A stretch of 64,000 nt of DNA, taken from the IMG/VR virus record IMGVR_UViG_3300020036_009452, positions 25,428-89,427 of that record; one strand, 5' to 3'. The notes beneath the pieces are model-generated. The model was given only the letters and a program-made list of their open reading frames with translations, was not told the DNA's origin and ran no database searches. Within the stretch, counting starts at the first letter, position 1. Every line of letters begins with the position of its first letter. The position numbers were made by a program, and so were the translations under genes. Positions 51,246 through 59,935 of the stretch are shown here, one piece after another. This stretch comes from a virus (taxonomy: Duplodnaviria > Caudoviricetes).

Positions 51246-52625
51246 CTACACGAGATTCAATATAGATGGGTTTCCTGTGGAAGGAAGCCAGCTATTGAGC
51301 GCCGTATCCAAAAGAGCAATAACAGGGTGAGCTGTAGTGCCAATTGAGTACCTAGGAATTAAAATAACTTCCCGCTTTGGAGCGTAGCTGGAGTGATGAA
51401 TGTCGTTATTACGCAGTTCACCGTGATGAATTACATAAGTTACATAACGCTGAGCCGTATCTACAGGTGATGGGAAATTGATAACTGGATCAACGGTATT
51501 ACGCTGCATGAACTTTGTTTGTCCATCAGTAGCTTGGTACCAAAGATCGAGTGGCCGACCATAACCTTGGCCTTCGTCGGTCAGTACAGTTTCAACATTA
51601 GAAACAACAGTGTAATCAAAACCAGCTGGGAGTTTTACATCCAAGTTAACTTTGGTTTGTGGAATACGATCAACATAAGCTGTGTTGTGATCTAGAGCGA
51701 TCAAGAACAGACCAGTTGCAGTACCACCTACGTTTGTTCCAGCATTTGCTGTGTCAATAGTAAATACGTGCGTAAAGCTAGATGCAGTAGCAGCGGCGTT
51801 GATAGAAGCAAGAATTTCTTCTGTCAAAGTGATCGAGCGAACTACACCGCGATAGTTAAACACAGCCAAAGTAGTACCAGCAGTCAATGAAGAAATTGCA
51901 GTACCAGCAGCAGCGCCACCAGGACCAGAAAGAGCTTCACCAACAGCAAGTGCTACGACTGGGGCAGAACCACGGTAGCGATTATATGCCAGGAACGCAG
52001 AAGAGTTACGATTTACTTCGTAGCCAAACTGTGTTACGATCCAGTCAATTGGGAGTGGATATGTAGCGGACAGAGTTGTAAAATTAGGGGTAGTTTTAGA
52101 CAGCACCAGAGTGTTAGCCATTACATTAGTAGCCATCAGCTCGTCATAACGACGTGAGCGGAAACCAATGCTAAGACGATATTCTGTGGTGTTTAAAACG
52201 TTAATATCTCCTGCTGTAGCAGCAGTAGGTACACCCAATACCCAAACGTTATGAGCAGCAAGACGAAAGTTTTGTTTCGTTACTAAGATGTTGTTATTGC
52301 GCCCATCTATTTCGTGGGATGACTCATGCGACCGAACCCACAGCGGATATTGAGCAGTGGATCCGACAACATTTGCAGAATATTGCGTTCCTTGTACAAT
52401 ACGAAGTACTGCGTTTTCAGCCAAAGTAGGAGTGGCGTCCATGAAGGAACCAAGGGCTACAGTACCAAAAGAAGAGGAAGCAACGATGCCAAGCTGGCCA
52501 TCAGCCAAGTTGACATTACCAGTAGAAGAATCTACCAGTGTCCCAGTTACAGGGACAGTAGTGGAAGAAGTCTTGGCAACCAAGAACTTTTCGACACCGC
52601 GTTTGTTTGATTTTGTCGGGATCAT
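51246..52625 (-). CDS. Abundant structural protein (crAss auxiliary capsid/'sheath'-type)
   Basis: Conserved position two genes after the MCP-adjacent gene; NTTEYRLSIGF, GQGYG; followed by a strong terminator. Identity inferred from synteny. Confidence 0.55.
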   Translation of the reverse strand: MIPTKSNKRGVEKFLVAKTSSTTVPVTGTLVDSSTGNVNLADGQLGIVASSSFGTVALGSFMDATPTLAENAVLRIVQGTQYSANVVGSTAQYPLWVRSHESSHEIDGRNNNILVTKQNFRLAAHNVWVLGVPTAATAGDINVLNTTEYRLSIGFRSRRYDELMATNVMANTLVLSKTTPNFTTLSATYPLPIDWIVTQFGYEVNRNSSAFLAYNRYRGSAPVVALAVGEALSGPGGAAAGTAISSLTAGTTLAVFNYRGVVRSITLTEEILASINAAATASSFTHVFTIDTANAGTNVGGTATGLFLIALDHNTAYVDRIPQTKVNLDVKLPAGFDYTVVSNVETVLTDEGQGYGRPLDLWYQATDGQTKFMQRNTVDPVINFPSPVDTAQRYVTYVIHHGELRNNDIHHSSYAPKREVILIPRYSIGTTAHPVIALLDTALNSWLPSTGNPSILNLV

Positions 52626-52637
52626 TATTTATTTTGG

Positions 52638-53363
52638 TTATTCATTTATCAATGTTTTTTGATCTCTTACATTGATGTACTCTGGATTTTCTATATTTCT
52701 AGCGGCTAATTGACAGGCAATATCCAATATTTCTAAGTGGGTATGCTCTGCTGTTTCAAAAGTTCTTGCTGGATAAATAGTGCCGTCCAAGTAGGTATAA
52801 GACCCAAGAGAAACCCTCGAGGGATATTTTATGTATTCGATAGCCACACTATTGATAACTTGCGTCGTATATAAGAACAGTGAAGAACCAGTGTTAGTGG
52901 TGTTCCGCCCGTAATTGTACGGAATAGATATTCTAGATCCCCGATTAAATGGGTCTCGTAGAGTATCATTAAAGTCATCGTGCTGAGTAAACTTAAGCGG
53001 AACTTTACGTTCACAGTTATCATTCACCTGCACTAGTGCATAGGCATTTACTAGGAAAAAATAGGGAAAAGTGGTCTTTGTCAAATCTACCTCATAAAGT
53101 CCTGGAGAAACTTCCTCTGGAACAATAGCAGGTTGTAGTGGATATTTGACTACAAGATTTGCAAGATCATCAATCCTCTTTTGTGAGGTTTCAAATCCAG
53201 CTTTCTTGGAATTATTGATACCCATCCTTTGTTTTATAAAAATCAATTGCGCTTCATTAAGAAGTATATCGATTTCTAAAGGGTTAAGGTCTGGATTTGT
53301 CAAAGAAGCTACTCTATCCATATTTAATGTAAATTGGTAGTGTAGTTCTTTTATAGAAGCCAT
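52638..53363 (-). CDS. Tail ring / head-tail adaptor protein
   Basis: MASIKELHYQF..MDRVAS...EIDILLNEAQ..FIKQR...FE.SQKRIDDLANLV..YIKYP...HLEILDIA. Confidence 0.7.
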   Translation of the reverse strand: MASIKELHYQFTLNMDRVASLTNPDLNPLEIDILLNEAQLIFIKQRMGINNSKKAGFETSQKRIDDLANLVVKYPLQPAIVPEEVSPGLYEVDLTKTTFPYFFLVNAYALVQVNDNCERKVPLKFTQHDDFNDTLRDPFNRGSRISIPYNYGRNTTNTGSSLFLYTTQVINSVAIEYIKYPSRVSLGSYTYLDGTIYPARTFETAEHTHLEILDIACQLAARNIENPEYINVRDQKTLINE

Positions 53364-54364
53364 TATTGTTTAGCTTTTATTTGGTTTTGTAACTCCTCGA
53401 ATTCAGTGCTTTTCTTGGGGTCCATAAGGAAGTCCACAGCTTCTGAAAAACGGTCGCCGATAACAAGGGTAGCTCCGCTTTCACGAATCCAGGTCCAAGT
53501 ATCTTGTTTTGCAAATATGATTCTTAGAGCCTGCGCAAGTCTTAGCATATAAGTGGTCTCAAAACGTACTTTTCCTTCGGCGGTTTTCAGCAGCTCAAAG
53601 TAATGATTGTACTTTTCTAGATTCTTATTTGTGGAGGCAGCAGCCTCAATATAATCATATAATAGATTATAAGTAGTCTCAGCTGAGAGTTTAGATGAAG
53701 GGGAACCAATTTCAAGTAAAACCAACATCTTGGCCCTGAGTGTTTCAGTTAAATCTTTCGATTCCAATGAAGCCAGTGCTTTTGCACGAGCTTTCACACG
53801 ACTGTATTTCAAGGCGTCTGATTCATTCTCAAGCGCAATGTAGTGTGTAGCTTTTGGCCACTTATGTTCACGCCATTCTTTTTCAGAATTAGCTACTTTA
53901 GAAGAAGCCAGTAGAACATAATATCCAATTTCATCATCCATGATACTTAAATCAAAGGCGGTAGTGCCGTCTAGAAGTGGCCAAGAGTGGTTGTAATAAT
54001 AACCAAGTTCTCGTCCATCCCCTTTATAGTTAGCTTCAACTAAATGATTATTGAAGAAACCAGCGGGCTTATTCCACTTTTTCTCTAAGTATGCTTGTAA
54101 TGTTACTGGATTACCATTAGCATCTAGCTCAGGTTGTCCTGTAGCTGGATCAGTCTTATAATTATAAGATATGTAGTTAGCAAGCCCGCCTACTTTTGCA
54201 GAAGGTAGAGCTACTAAAATGTCCTGAGCTCGGCCTACTTTCGTTTTTTTCAGTTTTAATCCTGAACTAGCCGATACCCAATCGGAGATTCCTGTTGCGG
54301 TTGCTCTAGGAATTGAGGTTACAAATACTATTTTTGACATTATCCTTTTATTTTCATTAAACAA
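53363..54364 (-). CDS. Conserved crAss-like protein downstream of the major capsid gene
   Basis: FDLSIMDDEIGYYVL and KATHYIALENE; conserved syntenic position. Confidence 0.6.
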   Translation of the reverse strand: MFNENKRIMSKIVFVTSIPRATATGISDWVSASSGLKLKKTKVGRAQDILVALPSAKVGGLANYISYNYKTDPATGQPELDANGNPVTLQAYLEKKWNKPAGFFNNHLVEANYKGDGRELGYYYNHSWPLLDGTTAFDLSIMDDEIGYYVLLASSKVANSEKEWREHKWPKATHYIALENESDALKYSRVKARAKALASLESKDLTETLRAKMLVLLEIGSPSSKLSAETTYNLLYDYIEAAASTNKNLEKYNHYFELLKTAEGKVRFETTYMLRLAQALRIIFAKQDTWTWIRESGATLVIGDRFSEAVDFLMDPKKSTEFEELQNQIKAKQ

Positions 54365-54389
54365 AAAGTCTAGTATCCGGTGGATACTA
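54363..54389 (-). terminator. Hairpin/terminator after the capsid-holin unit
   Basis: TAGTATCC-acc-GGATACTA perfect 8-bp stem, then GACTTTTT. Confidence 0.55.
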
Positions 54390-54391
54390 TA

Positions 54392-54637
54392 TTAGAATTT
54401 CTTTATTATATATACTTTTGTCAGTGCTAGTGTTGCGTTTAAAAATACCAATGGTATACTAACAGGAGTGAGTAACGAGGCGAGTTGCGCGGCATTTAAA
54501 CCAGCAATTAAACCTCTAATCGTTATTCTGTCTGCGTGTGTTAGTGCGGAAGAGTTTGAAACAATAAATTTCTCTTGCAACAAGTAGACTGAACTAATCG
54601 TGCTTAGAAGGACTGCTATTGCGTTTAAAATCTCCAT
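54392..54637 (-). CDS. Small membrane protein (possible holin partner)
   Basis: 81 aa, hydrophobic N- and C-terminal segments, basic end; overlaps the holin end. Confidence 0.5.
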   Translation of the reverse strand: MEILNAIAVLLSTISSVYLLQEKFIVSNSSALTHADRITIRGLIAGLNAAQLASLLTPVSIPLVFLNATLALTKVYIIKKF

Positions 54638-54929
54638 TTACCGTAAAGTATTTATTCAACAAGCCTTCGGTATTAGCAATTAAGAAGTTTATAACTTTCA
54701 TCGATACTAACCCAAGGACAAACCCAATGCCTGATGAGAACTTACTATCCATTGATAGATAGTGCTCAGCAAAAGGATGAAGATAGGCGGCTGTGGAGGC
54801 ACCACCAACAATAAGCAACAAAGCACGCATAAACGATAACTTTGTTTCATATGTTAGTGAAACTATGCCTCCTATCAACCCTGCTACTAGAACGGACAAC
54901 TTTATACCAAGTTGCGTTTCTAGATTCAT
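54594..54929 (-). CDS. Putative holin (about three TM segments)
   Basis: LVAGLIGGIVSL...LLLIVGGASTAAYL...GIGFVLGLVSMKVI, then a charged tail. Confidence 0.6.
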   Translation of the reverse strand: MNLETQLGIKLSVLVAGLIGGIVSLTYETKLSFMRALLLIVGGASTAAYLHPFAEHYLSMDSKFSSGIGFVLGLVSMKVINFLIANTEGLLNKYFTVNGDFKRNSSPSKHD

Positions 54930-54931
54930 AA

Positions 54932-56428
54932 CTACGCTTCGGTATCAGAGATAAGTTCACCGCAAGCGGTGACGTCGCGAATAACAGCACCTAAGGTACC
55001 TTCAATATGCACGCTATAACCAGCTTTAGCTGTAACAGCAAAACCTTTACCAGTGATTGGACCCATTGGGGTTACAGATCCTGGAACATAGAAGTAACGG
55101 AAAGTGTCTTTCACTTTCAACAGTTCAAGGTTTTTACCCATACCACGAGCAGTTTCTACACCACGGCCTTCGATATTAAGGAAGGTCATACGAGCAGAGT
55201 CGATTGGCATGTTAGGATAAAGTGGGTGCATGCGCTTGCAGTAACGAAGATCATCGTACATTGGGTTGTGCACCAAACGTACTTTGATACCAAGAGGACC
55301 AGTGTACTCAACGAATTGAGCGCCGTAAGCCAAACCTGGAGTAGAAGATCCTTCGTTAGAAGCAGAACGTACATAGTGAGAATCAACGGTAAGGAACCCG
55401 TTAGCTACAGCTTGGAGTGCGTTGTGGAACAACAGCTGACCAAGTTGACCAGTCATAAGGGTGATACCCCTTTGAGATTCGTCTGTACGACCGAAGAAGA
55501 TGTTCAAGAGGAAGTCTTGGAGAAGGTTAACAGTCAAAGGACCGTTTACATACTGTATCCAAGAATCTTTGAGTTGTTGGCGAATACCAGGGCCGGTTTT
55601 CTGCCAGTAGCCATCAGGACCTTTGAGTGTGGATTTTTCACCATACACCAGAGCCCACTCCATGGACTTATAAAGCTCGTCAACCATTACAGCTTCTGCA
55701 TAAGGCAGGAACTTGGAAACAGAGCTAGTCTTTCCATTAGAATCAGTAGCCAAGAATTCAAAGCCAAGACGGCCTTGTTGACGCCAAGCTTTGTCTGTAA
55801 CTTCAATTTTCTGTGCGAATGCACCGAGTTGAGATTGCAGTTCAAAGATGCTTGGGTACTGTTGGGTACTGAAGTCACCATTCATTTCAGACGGTACAGC
55901 AGAACTTACTTTATCGAAAGAACGACCAGAAGCTAGGTAGCGTGGATCGAGGAATTTAGTAGGATCATCAGTCAAAAGGCGCAGCGTATAGATAGTACCA
56001 GTTGAGTCTGTGATTTTATCAGTAACTTGGATGTTGAAGTCGTTATCTTCGCTGATGAGGACGTCTGGGTACTGGTAGTAGTCAAGATCCAATTTAACAC
56101 GGAAGGGCTGTTGGTTAAGACCTGGGGTTGTGTTGGATGGTTCGACGTTTTCTACAACACGGGCAGATTTTTGTTCTGCACCTTGCATACGCCAGCGTAC
56201 GATTTCATCTTCAATTTCAAGACCGCCATTTGTTCCCATACCAGTGAGGTTAAGGAATGGTTTTACTTTGAAGAAGTCCGAGCCAGAAGAGAAGATCTTC
56301 ATCAAGGCTCCAGGAAGATAATAGGGTTTACCCGTCTCATAAGCTTGGGCCAGGTAGTTGGAATCAATGAAGGAACCTCCAAATGAATCCCAGTGTTTAA
56401 TGATTAAGGAAGATTGAGGATTTGCCAT
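54932..56428 (-). CDS. Major capsid protein (crAss-like HK97 fold)
   Basis: 498 aa; WRMQG, GEKST..GPG..QQ, TGQLG.LLF, YGAQF.EY..P.G..V.LVHNPMYDD; followed by the usual crAss synteny. Confidence 0.88.
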   Translation of the reverse strand: MANPQSSLIIKHWDSFGGSFIDSNYLAQAYETGKPYYLPGALMKIFSSGSDFFKVKPFLNLTGMGTNGGLEIEDEIVRWRMQGAEQKSARVVENVEPSNTTPGLNQQPFRVKLDLDYYQYPDVLISEDNDFNIQVTDKITDSTGTIYTLRLLTDDPTKFLDPRYLASGRSFDKVSSAVPSEMNGDFSTQQYPSIFELQSQLGAFAQKIEVTDKAWRQQGRLGFEFLATDSNGKTSSVSKFLPYAEAVMVDELYKSMEWALVYGEKSTLKGPDGYWQKTGPGIRQQLKDSWIQYVNGPLTVNLLQDFLLNIFFGRTDESQRGITLMTGQLGQLLFHNALQAVANGFLTVDSHYVRSASNEGSSTPGLAYGAQFVEYTGPLGIKVRLVHNPMYDDLRYCKRMHPLYPNMPIDSARMTFLNIEGRGVETARGMGKNLELLKVKDTFRYFYVPGSVTPMGPITGKGFAVTAKAGYSVHIEGTLGAVIRDVTACGELISDTEA

Positions 56429-56430
56429 AA

Positions 56431-57459
56431 TTATAAGTTCCGCAGTATAGTATCGTCATTAACGACTTGCGGTGGTTTGTTCGAGGCTTTTTGTGCCTGT
56501 TTTGGATCAAGAATCCTGGAAACAGCTTCTTGAAATTGTTGGGTTGCTTTGGTTTTTACTTTGCGCTCTATGCGGTCTAGAGAAAAGCCTGTATTTGGAT
56601 CGTATTCCAAAAGCAAATCTGCTAGTTGTGCTTGGTGTTCTGGGTTTGTCAGTATAGAGCTAATAGCCTGATTAAATCCAGTTGAAGTCCCTTGAGGGGT
56701 ATTTATTGGTTCAAAGAAGAAAGCCTTAACCTTGTTACGTCTTTGCGGATGTACATACTGAGATGTATCAATAGCATTGTGAAGGGCTTGAGTTTTCTCT
56801 TCCATAGCGAGCCTATCGGTCCGCTCTTTTTCTTTTAAACGATTAATTTCATTTGCCTGCTCAGTCTGACGTAGTTGTTGCAGTTCCTGATAAGACATAT
56901 TAGCTTCTTCGGCTAAGTCTTCGGGACTTTCAGCTAAACGTTCTACTATCTTATTGATACGCTCATCAGAGTAATTAGACGTTCTTTTAAGTGCTAGAAA
57001 GATAGCTGCTTTCTGCCCATCTTCTGTAGTCAAATCTACATCCATTAATGGGTCAACAGCATGTCGTTCTAGGAATCCCCGAACATCTTGCCCGCCATTT
57101 TGAACATACTCCAGAACAGACTTAAAATCCTCTGGTAACATGTTTCCCAGCTCCTCAGCAGCTTTCTCAGCCTGCCTTTGCTTAGTGTAGTTGAAGATAG
57201 TTTCTAACTCAGTTGCATCCCCTGAAAACTCTAAGTCTTCTGGAATCTCAATAAGATTGTTAGTTTTTAGAAATTCAACGTAAGCTTGGATCTGGGGATC
57301 ACCACTAGGAGTGGAGTCGTCAGAAGCATCATCATTGTTCTGCGTAGTTACTATAGGGGCATCCCCTTCCTCAGTACTATCTAACTGTTGGTCAGAGTCT
57401 GTTTGGGGGTCGGATGTTTCTTGAAACATTGCCGCAAGGAAATCAATTTCATTTTCCAT
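56431..57459 (-). CDS. Scaffolding-like protein (acidic, between portal and MCP)
   Basis: Acidic N-terminus, LPEDFKSVLEYVQNGG, helical C-terminus. The true start may be the second ATG (57429). Confidence 0.65.
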   Translation of the reverse strand: MENEIDFLAAMFQETSDPQTDSDQQLDSTEEGDAPIVTTQNNDDASDDSTPSGDPQIQAYVEFLKTNNLIEIPEDLEFSGDATELETIFNYTKQRQAEKAAEELGNMLPEDFKSVLEYVQNGGQDVRGFLERHAVDPLMDVDLTTEDGQKAAIFLALKRTSNYSDERINKIVERLAESPEDLAEEANMSYQELQQLRQTEQANEINRLKEKERTDRLAMEEKTQALHNAIDTSQYVHPQRRNKVKAFFFEPINTPQGTSTGFNQAISSILTNPEHQAQLADLLLEYDPNTGFSLDRIERKVKTKATQQFQEAVSRILDPKQAQKASNKPPQVVNDDTILRNL

Positions 57460-57460
57460 A

Positions 57461-57492
57461 CAAAGATACTAAATTTTTATTTTTTTGTCAAG
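57461..57492 (-). promoter_or_regulatory. Bacteroidetes sigma-A promoter (-33/-7) driving scaffold-MCP
   Basis: Minus strand: CTTG-20 nt-TATCTTTG, matching TTTG-N19-21-TAnnTTTG, in the intergenic gap. Confidence 0.75.
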
Positions 57493-57526
57493 TTTTTTGA
57501 GAACTTTCGCATCCAACTCCATAGCC

Positions 57527-59935
57527 CTACGTACTTTTTGAGGGTTTTCTAGCCTTGATTTTGAGCTCTTTTTCTTTTAAATCAGATTCTTTTTCAAAGC
57601 GTTTTTCTTCCAAATCCAGCTTCCGTTCTTCCAAATCTTTATCGGATAAGAACTTTTGAATCTCTAGGGGATCGGGAATTCCATTGTTATCTACGTCAAT
57701 ATCTTGTTGGAATTTGAACACTTCTATCTGAGCAATACGCTCCTTGTGCTCATGGTCAAGACGTTGTTTCAACAGCTCAAATTCCTGTTGAGCAGCTTGT
57801 GCTTCTTTTGCAGCTTGGATTTCACCTTCTTGTGCTTGATTGTTACGTTGGAAGGTTTCTTCTTCGGATTGCTTAATAGCATGCTTTAATTCAGAAACAG
57901 AGTTGCTCTCATAAAGAGTAATCAGATCTGAGAAGGTGGCCCGATTAGTGTTAAGAAGCCCGTCAGAGATTCCTTTAAGGGCTTGGAACATTTCGTGTTC
58001 TTTACCAGAATCTGTAACAAATATACCTAGATCGCAATCTAATAATTCATCTGCTTCAACTTCTAGGGTAGCTAGGGACAGATCATCTAGAACATACTGT
58101 TTAACGATGTTTCTTCCACGCCAAGCGTACTTTGTAGCATACACTATGGAGGACAAAATTTTCTCCCATAACTTTGCGTGACTTTGGAAATAGATCTCAG
58201 TAATCAAGGCAGACATCTGAATGTTAGACTGGGCGTTTGACACAGCCTCAGTTGGTGCTGTTTGGCCTTCGCGCTGTCTAGAAACACCTGCTACCTCAGA
58301 AATTTGTGCATCTATAGACTCTAGAAGTCCGACATAATTCATAATATTTTGCATATTAGACATGTCGGCTACACCCGTTACTTTACCACGTTGGCTCTGG
58401 CCTGGGGCATCACCGTTGGCTAGTGAGTTGTATAAATCTATGTTCATACGCTTCAAATAATAAAGCGTTTTCTCTAGACCAATCTTTGGGTCCACCATAG
58501 ATATATCAAATGGGAATACTTTCCCTTGATCCTGGGCAATAAGTTCTTTGAGCTTGTGAGCTACAATCAAGTATAAATACTGGAAGGGCTTCATGCGATC
58601 CATCAAACTGACAGATTCGGCATTCATGGCATTGTAAATCAAGCCATGATAACCTAAGGACACTTTAAATGGATTATCTACAGGACGATATTGAAGTTCT
58701 TTAGGTCCGATCATAGTATAAATATCATTACCGATGCGTGTACCAGTCCAGACTTCTGGGATATAATCCCAATAGAGCTTATAAATAATACCATCGAGCT
58801 CCCATATATAATAGGTTGTCTTAGCTCCAAACTGTTTTACTATATCTTCTTTGGTATAGAGAGTTGGGATTTCAAAGTCCTCCGATACCATTTTCTTCTC
58901 AACTTCACCAAATTCATTAGTGAACTCAAGAAAACCAACTTTGCGTTGTGATACCCATTCTACATGGGAAACGAGAATATCTTCTTGATTTTTAGACCCA
59001 TAGCTTCCGTGCTGGCTGTTTGAAATCAAATCCATCATTGGATCAGCTTCTGTATGCCCATACTTAGCAGTACCCGACATTGAAAAATCCCGCAGTGCAT
59101 AAGCTGTATTAGAGTTATCTAACCGGTCTTTTTGTTTCTCTGTTAAGTATTTACCATATTGATCTAATACTTCTGCGACAGTCATGTATACGCTTTGTCC
59201 GGCGTACAATGAATCTTGCACCCATTTGGTTTCACCACTCTTATGACAGAAGAAATTAAGGGAGTTTACAACAGACACAGAGGTCTCTCCATTATCCATA
59301 CCAACGTACACTACCTCTTCGCCAGAGATAAGAGCGTGTTTAAAAGCATCAACCTTTAGGTCTCTTAAATCCAGTGCTCTTTGTTGATACTGGAGGATGG
59401 CTTGAGCTAGTAATTCGCGCCGTTCCCTGTAATCATAGCGCATGTACCTATTGACGTCTTTTGGATCAATAGCTGGGAACATTTCTTCTTGCTGGGAATT
59501 ACCCATTGCTGATGCCTTTGCCTGCTGTATTACTTGTTCAACATAGTTTTTAAACATGTTGTCCCTGGCCGCAAGCTTAGAGCGAACACCTTCACTATTG
59601 ACTAAAACAGCTCTAAAGTTGAATGGGCGTTTAGAAAGATCAGAAAGAAGGATTTGGATTTTATTATATGCCTTATTATAAGGCTGGATTTCATCTTTTA
59701 ATTGCCCCACATCTAATCCTAGGGGATTACATGCGCGTTCAAAGTCAGCTTGATTTAACTGGTTATTGTATAGTTGATAATTCGATAACTTTCTTTGATA
59801 GGGTGTGGCATTATTAATAACCCCATTGTCCATAGGGGAGTGAGCAAGGATCGAATCCATAACCTTCTTAGCCCACGCAAAATCATCTTTTGCTTTATTG
59901 TTGTATGATAGTCGTTGTTTGGGAAAATTGAACAT
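57527..59935 (-). CDS. Portal protein
   Basis: 802 aa; FPKQRLS...NYQLYNNQL; DAFKHALISGEEVVYV; VEWVS; EVWTGTRIG; MDRMKPFQYLY; GVSRQREGQ. Confidence 0.88.
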   Translation of the reverse strand: MFNFPKQRLSYNNKAKDDFAWAKKVMDSILAHSPMDNGVINNATPYQRKLSNYQLYNNQLNQADFERACNPLGLDVGQLKDEIQPYNKAYNKIQILLSDLSKRPFNFRAVLVNSEGVRSKLAARDNMFKNYVEQVIQQAKASAMGNSQQEEMFPAIDPKDVNRYMRYDYRERRELLAQAILQYQQRALDLRDLKVDAFKHALISGEEVVYVGMDNGETSVSVVNSLNFFCHKSGETKWVQDSLYAGQSVYMTVAEVLDQYGKYLTEKQKDRLDNSNTAYALRDFSMSGTAKYGHTEADPMMDLISNSQHGSYGSKNQEDILVSHVEWVSQRKVGFLEFTNEFGEVEKKMVSEDFEIPTLYTKEDIVKQFGAKTTYYIWELDGIIYKLYWDYIPEVWTGTRIGNDIYTMIGPKELQYRPVDNPFKVSLGYHGLIYNAMNAESVSLMDRMKPFQYLYLIVAHKLKELIAQDQGKVFPFDISMVDPKIGLEKTLYYLKRMNIDLYNSLANGDAPGQSQRGKVTGVADMSNMQNIMNYVGLLESIDAQISEVAGVSRQREGQTAPTEAVSNAQSNIQMSALITEIYFQSHAKLWEKILSSIVYATKYAWRGRNIVKQYVLDDLSLATLEVEADELLDCDLGIFVTDSGKEHEMFQALKGISDGLLNTNRATFSDLITLYESNSVSELKHAIKQSEEETFQRNNQAQEGEIQAAKEAQAAQQEFELLKQRLDHEHKERIAQIEVFKFQQDIDVDNNGIPDPLEIQKFLSDKDLEERKLDLEEKRFEKESDLKEKELKIKARKPSKST

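Noticed and set aside
55007-55936. 309-aa antisense ORF opposite the major capsid gene
   Set aside because: Shadow of a strongly biased coding frame, with no recognisable motifs. The same applies to 24670..25287 and the other small antisense ORFs.
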